Shown here: positions 29,461 to 39,079 of the stretch, piece by piece
Layout: each line of letters starts with the position of its first letter
How positions within the stretch are numbered: the stretch's first letter is position 1
The notes under the pieces: model-generated
What the model saw: only the letters and a program-made list of their open reading frames with translations
Told to the model about the DNA's origin: nothing
Databases searched by the model: none
Origin: Candidatus Peribacteria bacterium
GTDB lineage: Bacteria; Patescibacteriota; Gracilibacteria; Peribacterales; Peribacteraceae
Reading direction: 5' to 3'
Assembly (NCBI GenBank): GCA_041691135.1
Contig: JBEPVF010000002.1
Coordinates: forward strand, 96,001-160,000
Length of the DNA: 64,000 bases
Program-made: the position numbers and the translations under genes

Positions 29461-30882
29461 TTACAGCGGCAACGTAAACGTCACCGTCGTCCCTTTGCCC
29501 ACCGTACTCTCGGCCCACATCTCGCCATCCACACGCATGATAATTTCGTGCGCCGTGTACAGACCGAGTCCGTTGCCGACCGGCTTGCTGGAGTACGCGT
29601 TCGACGCGCGCGAGAAACGTTCGAAGATGTGCGGCAGATCGTGCGGAGGAATGCCGCAACCGTGATCGCGGACCTCGACTTGAATCGCATTCTTGGTGCG
29701 GTACGCGCGGACGGCGATGGTGCTTCCTTCGGGCGAGTAGGTCATCGCATTGTCGAGCAGTTCGCGGAGCACGGCACTCAGCAGATTTACGTCCAGCTTC
29801 ACGACCGGCAGGTTCTCGGTGATCTCCATTTCCAAATGCTGCTTGCGCGCGGCGCGGACGGCACCCGTTTCGTTGGCCACGCGTTCGATCACTTCGCGGA
29901 CACGCGACGGTTGTGCAGGCGGCTGAACACGTCCGCTGCTGACATCGAGTGCTTCCTGCAGAGCAGTCATCATGGCTTCCATGCGGGCCACTCCTTCGCT
30001 GATCATCTGGATACTCAGATTGCCTTCGGGGGTTTTGCGCGTTTTTTCGGCTTCGCGAATGAAGTCGAGCGACCATTTAAAACTCGAGAGCGGCGCACCG
30101 AGCTGATGACTGATCAATTGCATCAATGCGGACCGCTGGCGATCGAGTTCGCTGATCAGCTCCACGCGGCGGGAAGCGATAAAGATGACGACATACGTCC
30201 CCATCAGCAAAGCCACGACGAGCATCAGCATCAGCACAATGGGCGAAATAATGCTGCGTGCCTGCTGAAAATATTCATCGGCGCTCATGTCGAGTCCGAT
30301 GATGGCGACGGTCGACCCGTCCTTGGCGCGGATCGGCGCGTATCCCGAAATCAAATTTCCCCACTGGTCACTACTCACCGCGTCATCAACCGACGGATCA
30401 TGAAACGCGGCGTCCATCGCCGGCGCATCGGTGATGTCGTACACGTCGCCCGGATACGACGCCATTTCATCCTTCTCCACGACGCCGTCGTGATTGCGAT
30501 CCAGCTGCTGCTCGGTTTTGAGCGCATCGGCATCAGCGACGAATTCCAAGCGTAGCGGATCAACCGTATGTCTGAGCAAATAGGCGAACCGGATGTGTGG
30601 CATGTTGGCTCGGATTGCATTCAGTTGATCGACGAGCGTGTAAAATGCCGGACTCTGTACGTCTTTGACATCGTGGATCCTTTCGATCAGCTGCGGATCG
30701 AACTGGAGCGCGGCCAATGCGGCATCGTCACGCAGACGATTCTTCAACTGTTCCTCCATCACGCGCTGTGCATTGATAAAGAAGAGCGCTCCCAACGTGG
30801 CGATGAGCAGCAGAACCGACACGCCCACCAGGAACGTGCGTGAACGAAGGAACGCCAACCAAGTTACAGTGGAATGTTTCAT
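29461..30882 (-). CDS. Membrane sensor histidine kinase with a Cache-like sensor, paralog of 11155-12528
   Basis: DQWGNLISGYAPI; H-box SHQLGAPL; DNAMTYS, DHGCGI, GNGLGL. Confidence 0.9.
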   Translation of the reverse strand: MKHSTVTWLAFLRSRTFLVGVSVLLLIATLGALFFINAQRVMEEQLKNRLRDDAALAALQFDPQLIERIHDVKDVQSPAFYTLVDQLNAIRANMPHIRFAYLLRHTVDPLRLEFVADADALKTEQQLDRNHDGVVEKDEMASYPGDVYDITDAPAMDAAFHDPSVDDAVSSDQWGNLISGYAPIRAKDGSTVAIIGLDMSADEYFQQARSIISPIVLMLMLVVALLMGTYVVIFIASRRVELISELDRQRSALMQLISHQLGAPLSSFKWSLDFIREAEKTRKTPEGNLSIQMISEGVARMEAMMTALQEALDVSSGRVQPPAQPSRVREVIERVANETGAVRAARKQHLEMEITENLPVVKLDVNLLSAVLRELLDNAMTYSPEGSTIAVRAYRTKNAIQVEVRDHGCGIPPHDLPHIFERFSRASNAYSSKPVGNGLGLYTAHEIIMRVDGEMWAESTVGKGTTVTFTLPL

Positions 30883-30965
30883 GTGTATTTTCCTTTATAG
30901 TATAGCAGAAAAACGCGCTTTTCACACGCCGATCTGACGGCTTCAAAACCTTCAAATGTCCGTTT

Positions 30966-31613
30966 CTATGGGCGAATAGTCGCTTCATCCGGATCCACCA
31001 CAATCAGAATGAATTGCGTGGACGGAGTCATGAGGTGCTGCGATGCATCGAGCCACGTGATGCCGTGCGTTTGTGCGAAAGCCTGCAGCGACGGGCCGAG
31101 TTCCGAATCGGCAAGTGCCGCGGGTGACGCCAGGAATTCGCCGGTGAACTGCTGATTATACGGAATGCTCTCATCTTTTGTTTCCTGACCATTGTAGATA
31201 TACAGATAAAACTTCTCCGATCCGTCGTCCGATTTTCGGTGAATGGTATTGGTCCAAGGAGCGGATGACTGGGAGCCAGTCGTACTTACGATCACCATCG
31301 TGCTCTGCTGGATATCGGTGCAATGCTGGAGCAATAATGTATAGACCGGTACGACACCTTTGTATCCGATCAGGTTTCCCAGTGTCATCGGTACGCACAG
31401 CTCGGGTGGCTGTGAAAAATTGGTACTGCTGAACCCCCCCTGAGACGAAATACCGGGAACAGTCATCTGCGAAGACATCGCATCCTGCGACGGCATTTGT
31501 GCATCCAATTCGGGCTGCCGCACGACCGATGCGACGGAGACGAGTGCCAGTGCAAACGTTGCCACCAAGGCGGAGTGGACGATTGTGCCGGGGGCAGGAC
31601 GGGAAAACTTCAT
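30966..31613 (-). CDS. Hypothetical exported/membrane-anchored protein
   Basis: N-terminal TM segment and low-complexity linker. Confidence 0.6.
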   Translation of the reverse strand: MKFSRPAPGTIVHSALVATFALALVSVASVVRQPELDAQMPSQDAMSSQMTVPGISSQGGFSSTNFSQPPELCVPMTLGNLIGYKGVVPVYTLLLQHCTDIQQSTMVIVSTTGSQSSAPWTNTIHRKSDDGSEKFYLYIYNGQETKDESIPYNQQFTGEFLASPAALADSELGPSLQAFAQTHGITWLDASQHLMTPSTQFILIVVDPDEATIRP

Positions 31614-31749
31614 GAAAACCACAAAGGGAAATCTACTTATTTTAGCATACTATTGTGGTTTTTACCATGTCTCTCCGCCTCTCTACGACACGTGAAAAGG
31701 GCAATTCCGGTCGTGACTCGCCGATCTGTATCCGTTACACTCAAACTCC

Positions 31750-33666
31750 ATGAAACCGCTCTCAACCGATCAAATTCGCAGCGCGTACCTCGATTTCTAC
31801 CGGTCCAAAGGACACGCAATCATTCCGAGCGCGCCGCTATTGCCCGAGAATGATCCAACCACTCTGTTTACCGGATCGGGTATGCAGCCGATGCTTCCAT
31901 ACTTGCTCGGCGAAAAACATCCGCTCGGCACGCGCATCGCCGACAGTCAGAAGAGTTTTCGGTCGGTCGATATAGAGGAGGTCGGCGACAATCGACACAC
32001 GACGTTCTTCGAAATGCTCGGCAACTGGAGTTTGGGAGATTATTTCAAAGCCGAACAAATCCCGTGGATGTTCGATTTTCTGACGACCTCGCTGGGACTC
32101 GATGCAAAACGTTTGTACGTGACAGTGTTCCGCGGCAACGATGCGATTCCGCGCGATCAGGAATCGGTGGAACTTTGGCAGAGCGAGTTCAGCAAAGCTG
32201 GCATCGATGCACAGGTCGTTGATTTTTCTGAGCGCGACGGCATGCAGAACGGACGCATCTTCTATTACGACGAGAAGAAGAACTGGTGGAGCCGCGCCGG
32301 TGAACCGTCGAAGATGCCAGTAGGTGAGCCGGGCGGGCCGGACTCCGAGATGTTCTGGGACTTCGGCGCGCAGCTGCAATTGCATGAACATTCCGAATGG
32401 AAGGATTCACCGTGCCATGTGAACTGCGACTGCGGACGGTTTTTGGAAATCGGGAACAATGTGTTCATGGAATATATGAAGACCGATACAGGTTTCGAAA
32501 AACTCAAGCAGCGGAACGTTGACTTCGGCGGAGGATTGGAACGCATAGCGGCGGCGCTCAACGATAACCCGGATGTGTTCACAACCGACCTGTTTGCAAA
32601 AATTCGCGGGGTGATTGAGAAATTGTCAGGCAAAACCTACGGCGAACAGGAAGAAGAGACGCGTGCGTTCCGCATCATCATGGATCATTTGCGCGGCGCC
32701 ACATTACTGATCGGCGACGGCGCACCGCCCAGCAACCGCGACCAAGGCTATTTCACTCGTCGCATGCTTCGCCGTGCTATCCGTTTTGCCACTACGCTAG
32801 GACTCCACGAAAACTTCTGCGTGACTGTCGCTGGCGCGGTGATCGACACATACATGCAATCCTACCCCGCTCTGTCCGCCCAGCGCGGCACGATTCTATC
32901 GCTGGTGGACGCCGAAGAGACACAGTTCAGACTGACGCTGCAGAAAGGCGAAAAAGAATTGATGGAATACTTGGCGACCAATACGTCGATCGACGGCGCC
33001 AAAGTATTCTACTTCTACGAAACGTACGGCTTTCCGCGCGAGCTCACCGAAGAGTTGCTGGCCGAGCGGCACATCACCATCGACAAACCTGAACTCTTCG
33101 GCACAGCCAAGGGACAGCATCAGGATCTCAGTCGTACAGCAGCGGCGGGAAAATTCTCCGGCGGCCTCGCCGATCATTCAGCTGAGACGACGAAGCTGCA
33201 CACGGCCACGCATCTTCTGAATGCCGCATTGCATCAGGTGCTCGGCAATCATATATCGCAAAAAGGATCGAACATCACTGCCGAACGCCTGCGTTTCGAT
33301 TTCAATCATCCGGACAAGATGATGCCCGAGCAAATAAAGGAGGTCGAGCGTCTGGTGAACGAAGCCATCGATGCCGATCTGCCGGTGTCGTATCACCTGA
33401 CGACACCCGACGGCGCCAAGAACGAAGGAGCCATCGGCGTGTTTGATGACCGTTACGGAGCGGAAGTGAAGGTGTATGTGATGGGCTCGGACGAAAAACC
33501 GTTCAGCAAAGAAATCTGCGGCGGTCCGCATGTGGCACGTACAAAAATGCTCGGCCACCTCACGATTCAAAAAGAAGAAAGTTCTTCATCAGGAGTACGA
33601 CGGATCAAAGCAGTTGTAAGCGGCGGTCCGGCAGAGATTGAGGTGGCGAGAGAGGCTGCGATCTAG
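31750..33666 (+). CDS. alaS: Alanine--tRNA ligase, short form lacking the C-Ala domain
   Basis: HTTFFEMLGNWS, GGLERI; editing motifs HTATHLL and CGGPHV; GVRRIKA. Confidence 0.96.
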   Translation: MKPLSTDQIRSAYLDFYRSKGHAIIPSAPLLPENDPTTLFTGSGMQPMLPYLLGEKHPLGTRIADSQKSFRSVDIEEVGDNRHTTFFEMLGNWSLGDYFKAEQIPWMFDFLTTSLGLDAKRLYVTVFRGNDAIPRDQESVELWQSEFSKAGIDAQVVDFSERDGMQNGRIFYYDEKKNWWSRAGEPSKMPVGEPGGPDSEMFWDFGAQLQLHEHSEWKDSPCHVNCDCGRFLEIGNNVFMEYMKTDTGFEKLKQRNVDFGGGLERIAAALNDNPDVFTTDLFAKIRGVIEKLSGKTYGEQEEETRAFRIIMDHLRGATLLIGDGAPPSNRDQGYFTRRMLRRAIRFATTLGLHENFCVTVAGAVIDTYMQSYPALSAQRGTILSLVDAEETQFRLTLQKGEKELMEYLATNTSIDGAKVFYFYETYGFPRELTEELLAERHITIDKPELFGTAKGQHQDLSRTAAAGKFSGGLADHSAETTKLHTATHLLNAALHQVLGNHISQKGSNITAERLRFDFNHPDKMMPEQIKEVERLVNEAIDADLPVSYHLTTPDGAKNEGAIGVFDDRYGAEVKVYVMGSDEKPFSKEICGGPHVARTKMLGHLTIQKEESSSSGVRRIKAVVSGGPAEIEVAREAAI

Positions 33667-33686
33667 TATTCCATCCGCCGGTGCTT

Positions 33687-34202
33687 CCCTCACCCCGGCC
33701 CTCTCCCTCCGCCCCCTGTCGCTAAGGAAGATTTGGTCATTCGTTCGTGACTGAACACCACAGACCTGCAGGGAGAGGGAGGTGTATATGTTTTGTTTAC
33801 GCGAAGCCCCTTCACTACACCCAGGCGGCTAGAGGCTGCCAAGCCTCTTCGCACGTTCGCTATTCCAGGTAATAGTCCCTCCGCCTATGTGGTGGGGATA
33901 GGTGGTTACGAGCACTCCTGTCGCATGCCCATAGGCGCGACAGCAGGGCGAGGTGGGTCATAGGCGGTGCGTTTTTCTTTGGTACTTTCTTTTGTCGCGG
34001 GGAGACAAAAGAAAGGACACCACTAGTGACTGGGAAGGTTCGTGCAGGCAAACATCTCAGCACCGCGCCGAGTTACGGCGCTCTGCGTGTGAAGGATGTG
34101 TTTGATCATCGCTCAGACACCGCAGCCGAGGACGGCTGCTGCTACGGGTGAGGGTGAAGGGTGAGCATACGCGGGTGTCCTTCGACTCCGCTCAGGATGA
34201 CA
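33687..34202 (+). repeat. Structured repeat copy 3 (core 33813-34050) within a mosaic of REP-like palindromes
   Basis: Core matches copies 1 and 2; extra hairpin/REP-like units at about 34065-34085, 34122-34145 and 34177-34202. Confidence 0.88.
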
Positions 34203-34327
34203 GACCCGCTCTCAAGGTGGAAGTGAAGGGTATAGAAAGGTGAAGACATGGCGCTTTAGTGGAGATGAAACTAAAGAAGTGGAGGGCCCTTTGCACTTCT
34301 CCCTTCCTCCTTCTATCCTACCCTCAC

Positions 34328-35488
34328 ATGTCCCGCGCCGGATTTCTATTTGTGAGCGGCTTCGCATTTTTGTTTCCTCTGCTGACTCATGCGGAGCAGG
34401 CGACCACGTGGGATTTTCGCAATGCGAATGTCGACGGCAAATGGACAGTGACACAAACGATGACCGCCACACCACAAGCTGACGGTTTGCATCTGCATGC
34501 GAATGACGCCGGGAACATGACGCGCGAAATCGACAGAAACTCCCACATCGATGCGGTGCGCTTCATCACCAAGGCGTCTCAATCGACCGATGCATCGTTT
34601 GTCTGGCATACCGACGCCGTGCTGGGTGGAAATTTATTGAACCTTCGGACCGAAATTCAGGCCAGTGATACAGAATTGACAACGGAAGTGGATCCCAATT
34701 ACTACGCCGAGTGGGATCATCCCGATACATTGGGTATCGGTCTGCCGGCGGGAGCGGATATCACGCTGGTAGCCATGCAAACCGTGCACTGGAGCCCGCT
34801 CGAAAAACTCAGTGAGGCATGGAAGACATTCTGGACGTTCGATGCATTCAAGGCCTACACCATCAATTTTTTATGGGGCCCGCTGATCACCTTCAACCCC
34901 ATCGCACGCCATCAGCTGTACTACAGCGAACCGCCGCATGCGCAGTCGGCCAACCGATACTTTTATTATTTCTTCGCTATCGTCGCAATCATCACCGCCA
35001 TCCACTGGTTCGTGCGCGGTCGTCCGCGTCCGGCACGGAAATATATGATGGCATTGGTCGGAACATTTGCCGCACTGTGGTTGTTTTACGATATGCGCAT
35101 GGGCTTGGAAATTCTGGACTATGCGCGCTACGACTACAAAACGCTGTACGCGACCGATCCCGCCAACCGCGAATTCCGCAATTACAAGAATTTCTACGTG
35201 ATGGTGGACGCCATTCTGCCGCGCCTGATGCAGGAAAAAACATACGCCATTCTTGTCCCCGACCAAACGTCACTGCACGGCATGCTGCGTTACATGACGA
35301 TGCCGGTACTGCCGTACGAATCGAGTGAGGATCCCAAAGACGCCAAAGTGTGGGTGGTGTTCAAAATGCCGAACGTGAAAGTGGATGATCAGGGACATCT
35401 GACGGAAGACGGCAAAGTGCTCACCGCTCCGGGCCACGTCATTCAACAAATCGACGATTCCAGTTTCCTCTTCGAAATCTCCCCATGA
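34328..35488 (+). CDS. Hypothetical membrane protein with an N-terminal exported domain
   Basis: Signal peptide, two central TM segments, ATGA overlap with the next gene. Confidence 0.7.
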   Translation: MSRAGFLFVSGFAFLFPLLTHAEQATTWDFRNANVDGKWTVTQTMTATPQADGLHLHANDAGNMTREIDRNSHIDAVRFITKASQSTDASFVWHTDAVLGGNLLNLRTEIQASDTELTTEVDPNYYAEWDHPDTLGIGLPAGADITLVAMQTVHWSPLEKLSEAWKTFWTFDAFKAYTINFLWGPLITFNPIARHQLYYSEPPHAQSANRYFYYFFAIVAIITAIHWFVRGRPRPARKYMMALVGTFAALWLFYDMRMGLEILDYARYDYKTLYATDPANREFRNYKNFYVMVDAILPRLMQEKTYAILVPDQTSLHGMLRYMTMPVLPYESSEDPKDAKVWVVFKMPNVKVDDQGHLTEDGKVLTAPGHVIQQIDDSSFLFEISP

Positions 35489-36888
35489 TCTTCCTCTATC
35501 TCCTACTAGGCATCGCACCGGCCACGCTCGCCGGGTGGCTGCTGGTGCGGCTCATCGAAGGCAATACGCTCGTCCTGCTGCGCGGTGAACGGTGGGTGCT
35601 CGGCTGTCTGCTCGGCATCACGCTAACGATGTTCGTATCGTTCATCGGCAGTGCCATGCTGGGCGTGCCGCTGTCGCGCGTGGGATTTTTGGCGATGCAG
35701 GCGGTGCTCCTCCTTATTCTGGGGACACTGTGGTGGTTCCTTCTCCGCAATAAAGAAGCACCGGTGCAACCGAAGCCGTCGCCATCCACGCTCCACGGCT
35801 GGAAGCTGTGGCTGATACTCGCATTGGCAACGTGGACGGTCGTCAAATTGTTTGCCAGTTTGTTTCTCCTCACCGCCACTCCCATCTATCTGGACGACAG
35901 CATCAATAACTGGAACTACCGCGGCAAGGCGTACTTCGTGAATCAGACATTCGTCCTCGACGTGCTGTCGCCGGGCGGTTCCTCGACAATGAAGTCACTG
36001 AGTTCGTACCCGCCGACCGTGCCGATGGCGAAAACATGGCTGGCGGATTTGATGGGTGAGTGGGACGAAGGCCTAATCAACAGCATCCACTTCGTGTGGT
36101 TTGCCTGCGCCGTGCTCCTCGTATTCTATGCCCTGCGCCGGCGGACGTCGCTCTTCTTATCACTGCTCGGCTGCTATGCACTCATCAGTCTGCCGCTGTA
36201 TTTGATTCAAGGATCGAACCCGTACGCCGATGTCTTTATGTCCGCCCATCTGATCGCCGCGGTCAGCCTGCTCGCATCGGCTCTGGCATCCGACACGCGA
36301 TTGGAAACGAAAACATTTCTGCGCCTGGGTGCACTGGCCTCCGGATTGCTGCTGTTCACCAAGAACGAAGCGTTGCTCCTCTACACGCCGCTTACATTGG
36401 GTCTGTTGGCACTGACACTCTTTGTTCAATCGCGCCGTCGCATTCTCCAAACGCAGGACATTATCGAAGCGGTCTGCGCCTATGCCATAGCACTGGTAGT
36501 GATCGGCGGACCGTGGATCGGCTACAAGTTCTTGCATGATCTGCCGTTCGGCAACGCCAAATCGGTTAGCGGTTTCGACGTGAAGTGGCAACCCTTCGTC
36601 TTCAGTGCGGTGATGGTCAACACCTTTTTTGAGGGCAACTGGCTCCTCTTCTTCCCGGGCATCATTCTACTGCTGCTCTGGCAATGGCGGGCGGCTTTCT
36701 CGCGGCGACTGCTGGTGCTCACCCTCTTCTTCCTGGGTGCCATCGGCGTGCAATACCTGCTGTTCCAGTTCACCTCGCTCTCCAACGAGGCGCTGTACCA
36801 AACCGGGTTAGCGCGAGGATTCACGCAGGTGCTGCCGATTGGAGTATTCTTGGCGATGATGTTGGTGCATGAATTTGAGGAAAAGTGA
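35485..36888 (+). CDS. Polytopic membrane protein, GT-C (PMT/ArnT-like) glycosyltransferase candidate
   Basis: DD..NW, SYPP, YADV and TKNEA motifs; about 12 TM segments. Confidence 0.65.
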   Translation: MIFLYLLLGIAPATLAGWLLVRLIEGNTLVLLRGERWVLGCLLGITLTMFVSFIGSAMLGVPLSRVGFLAMQAVLLLILGTLWWFLLRNKEAPVQPKPSPSTLHGWKLWLILALATWTVVKLFASLFLLTATPIYLDDSINNWNYRGKAYFVNQTFVLDVLSPGGSSTMKSLSSYPPTVPMAKTWLADLMGEWDEGLINSIHFVWFACAVLLVFYALRRRTSLFLSLLGCYALISLPLYLIQGSNPYADVFMSAHLIAAVSLLASALASDTRLETKTFLRLGALASGLLLFTKNEALLLYTPLTLGLLALTLFVQSRRRILQTQDIIEAVCAYAIALVVIGGPWIGYKFLHDLPFGNAKSVSGFDVKWQPFVFSAVMVNTFFEGNWLLFFPGIILLLLWQWRAAFSRRLLVLTLFFLGAIGVQYLLFQFTSLSNEALYQTGLARGFTQVLPIGVFLAMMLVHEFEEK

Positions 36889-36985
36889 CCGACGTGACCG
36901 GGGAAGTGGATGCAGAGAAAAATGAGAATCAGGTCCTGCTCTGCACATTGGCAACCCCCACCAACCCCGCTATCCTGTTCCGGTC

Positions 36986-38371
36986 ATGGCTTCGTACGCA
37001 GCATTCATCGGCCACCATCCCACCATCAGTTTGGCTGAGTTGAGTGCCGTCATTCCGGATTTTCAGATTCGCCGGCTGCTGGGGAAACAGGTCGTGGTGT
37101 TCGAGAGCTCGGCCGATCTGTCGCCGACTGATTTGAATTTATTGGGCGGGACGGTCGTCATTGCCCGCGGTCTCGATCCGCAACCAACCAACGCCGATGG
37201 CATTCCAAACGCACTGCTCGCCGCCGTGCAGGATGTAAAAGGGAAGATCGTCTTCGGCCTGCGCACGCAGGGACTGTCGCCGAAGAAAGTGAGCGAGCTG
37301 TATCGCAGCAGCAAAAAACTATTGAAGAAGTCCGGCCGGCCGGTGCGTTACGTGGGTTCCGAACTTTCGCCTGCCCCGTCCGTCGTACTGCACACCGAGG
37401 ATATGCTGTCGGGCAAACACGGCGCCGAAATCGTCGCGCTGACCGGCGAAGGTTTTTTCTGGATCGGCCGCACCATCGCCGCCCAGGACGTAGACGCCTA
37501 CACCAAGCGCGATATCAGCAAACCGGTGCGCGATACGACTGTAGGATTGCTGCCTCCCAAGCTCGCACAGATGCTGCTGAACCTTGGCCAGTGGGCCGCG
37601 CGCAGTGCCAATCCTGCATTGCCGGAAAAACTGACCGTGCTCGATCCGTTCTGCGGCACCGGCGTCATTCCACTGGAATGTCTGCTGCGCGGCTGGAGTG
37701 TTCTGGCTTCCGATTTGTCGCCCAAAGCAGTAGCCGGCAGCACCAAAAATATTGAATGGATCCGGAAGGAAGAAAAAATTCTGAAGAGCGAGGTACCGGC
37801 CACCGTATGGAAGCAAGACGCGCGCAAGCCGTTTGACTTCGCCAACGGCAAACCGTTCAAAGTGAAAGACCTGCCGCATATGGTCGTGACCGAAACGAGC
37901 CTCGGACCGCCGCTCACCAAACGGCCGCCGCTGAAAGATATTCAGCACCTGAAGTCCGAGAACGAACGACTGCAGATCGATTTTCTGACGAATATCGCCA
38001 GCAGTCTGCCCGGCGTACCGGTCGTCTGCACCTGGCCGGCGTGGTACTACAGCAAGGGGCCGATCTTCCTGGAGAAAGTGATCGCCGCCGCCGAAAAACT
38101 GGGTTTCGAACTCGTCCTGCCACCCGGCATCCAGAGTCCCGGTGACCGCCCGACTTTGCTGTACCGCCGTCCCGACCAGTTCGTCGGCCGCGAGATCGTC
38201 ATTCTTCGTCCGCGCGTCAAAGTTGCCAAGCCGGTAGCGCCGACGCCTGAGGTTCCTGCCAAAGTGGCAGTGAAACCGGTAAAGAATGCACCGGTTGCGG
38301 CAAAAAAGTCAGACAAGAAACCGGCAGCCAAACATCACAGTGCCTTTCATGCCAAGAAAAAGAGGAAATGA
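36986..38371 (+). CDS. Trm11/UPF0020-like RNA methyltransferase
   Basis: LPPKLAQMLLNL, VLDPFCGTGVI, ASDLS; Lys/Ala/Pro-rich tail. Confidence 0.82.
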   Translation: MASYAAFIGHHPTISLAELSAVIPDFQIRRLLGKQVVVFESSADLSPTDLNLLGGTVVIARGLDPQPTNADGIPNALLAAVQDVKGKIVFGLRTQGLSPKKVSELYRSSKKLLKKSGRPVRYVGSELSPAPSVVLHTEDMLSGKHGAEIVALTGEGFFWIGRTIAAQDVDAYTKRDISKPVRDTTVGLLPPKLAQMLLNLGQWAARSANPALPEKLTVLDPFCGTGVIPLECLLRGWSVLASDLSPKAVAGSTKNIEWIRKEEKILKSEVPATVWKQDARKPFDFANGKPFKVKDLPHMVVTETSLGPPLTKRPPLKDIQHLKSENERLQIDFLTNIASSLPGVPVVCTWPAWYYSKGPIFLEKVIAAAEKLGFELVLPPGIQSPGDRPTLLYRRPDQFVGREIVILRPRVKVAKPVAPTPEVPAKVAVKPVKNAPVAAKKSDKKPAAKHHSAFHAKKKRK

Positions 38372-38465
38372 AAAATTAAAGACCGAACACTGACTTTCGA
38401 TCGCTGGCCACTCTTTTTGTAATTCCCTCCTGCGCTCCGCGCCGCCATCATGCATACTGTTTGCC

Positions 38466-39077
38466 ATGACGGCACGACGTGCTCCACACACTGCACCCAA
38501 GCGAAACGCTCGCGCATCGTCGCGATTATTGTCAGGGAAAAAGCGCCTGCCGACGGTGGTTGGGCATACGATCATTATTCTGTTTTGCGTATGGCATATG
38601 GCAACCGTCGCGATCTACAGCATCCCCACCGATGGCAACGGTATCGCCCAAACCGTGCGATTCAAACTGCTACCGATCATCCGGCCCTATATCCTCACAC
38701 TGTCGCAGTGGCAACAGTGGAATCTGTTTTCCCCCAACCCGCTGCGTCGCGTGACGACCTTTCACCTCGACGTCCAACAGGGAACAACATGGGTGCCGCT
38801 GAAGAGCTTCGATCCGCGCCAGGAATCGGCATGGAACAAAGACACCTACATGCTGAAAGCGCTCATCACTTTCGACAGTAACGACGAACTCTACAACTCA
38901 TCGCTTCTGGCCCTCATGCGATCGTACTGTATCAGTGATCTGATTCCACAGGGCACCACTCTGCGTATGCGCCGCGATTACTACATCGTTCCGCACGACA
39001 AAGAACCGGTAAGCGAATGGCTCAAAGGTCCGCCAGCCAGCGAATCGAAACCCGATCTTCTGACCCGTTGTCCGTAA
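38466..39077 (+). CDS. SdpA/DUF5819-like membrane-anchored partner of an HTTM protein
   Basis: Single TM; QQWNLFSPNP motif; lies directly upstream of the HTTM gene. Confidence 0.6.
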   Translation: MTARRAPHTAPKRNARASSRLLSGKKRLPTVVGHTIIILFCVWHMATVAIYSIPTDGNGIAQTVRFKLLPIIRPYILTLSQWQQWNLFSPNPLRRVTTFHLDVQQGTTWVPLKSFDPRQESAWNKDTYMLKALITFDSNDELYNSSLLALMRSYCISDLIPQGTTLRMRRDYYIVPHDKEPVSEWLKGPPASESKPDLLTRCP

Positions 39078-39079
39078 AC

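Noticed and set aside
29548-30555. Long antisense ORFs (e.g. 29548-30555, 54210-55178, 5316-6014)
   Set aside because: Shadow frames opposite well-supported GC-rich genes, with no recognisable motifs.
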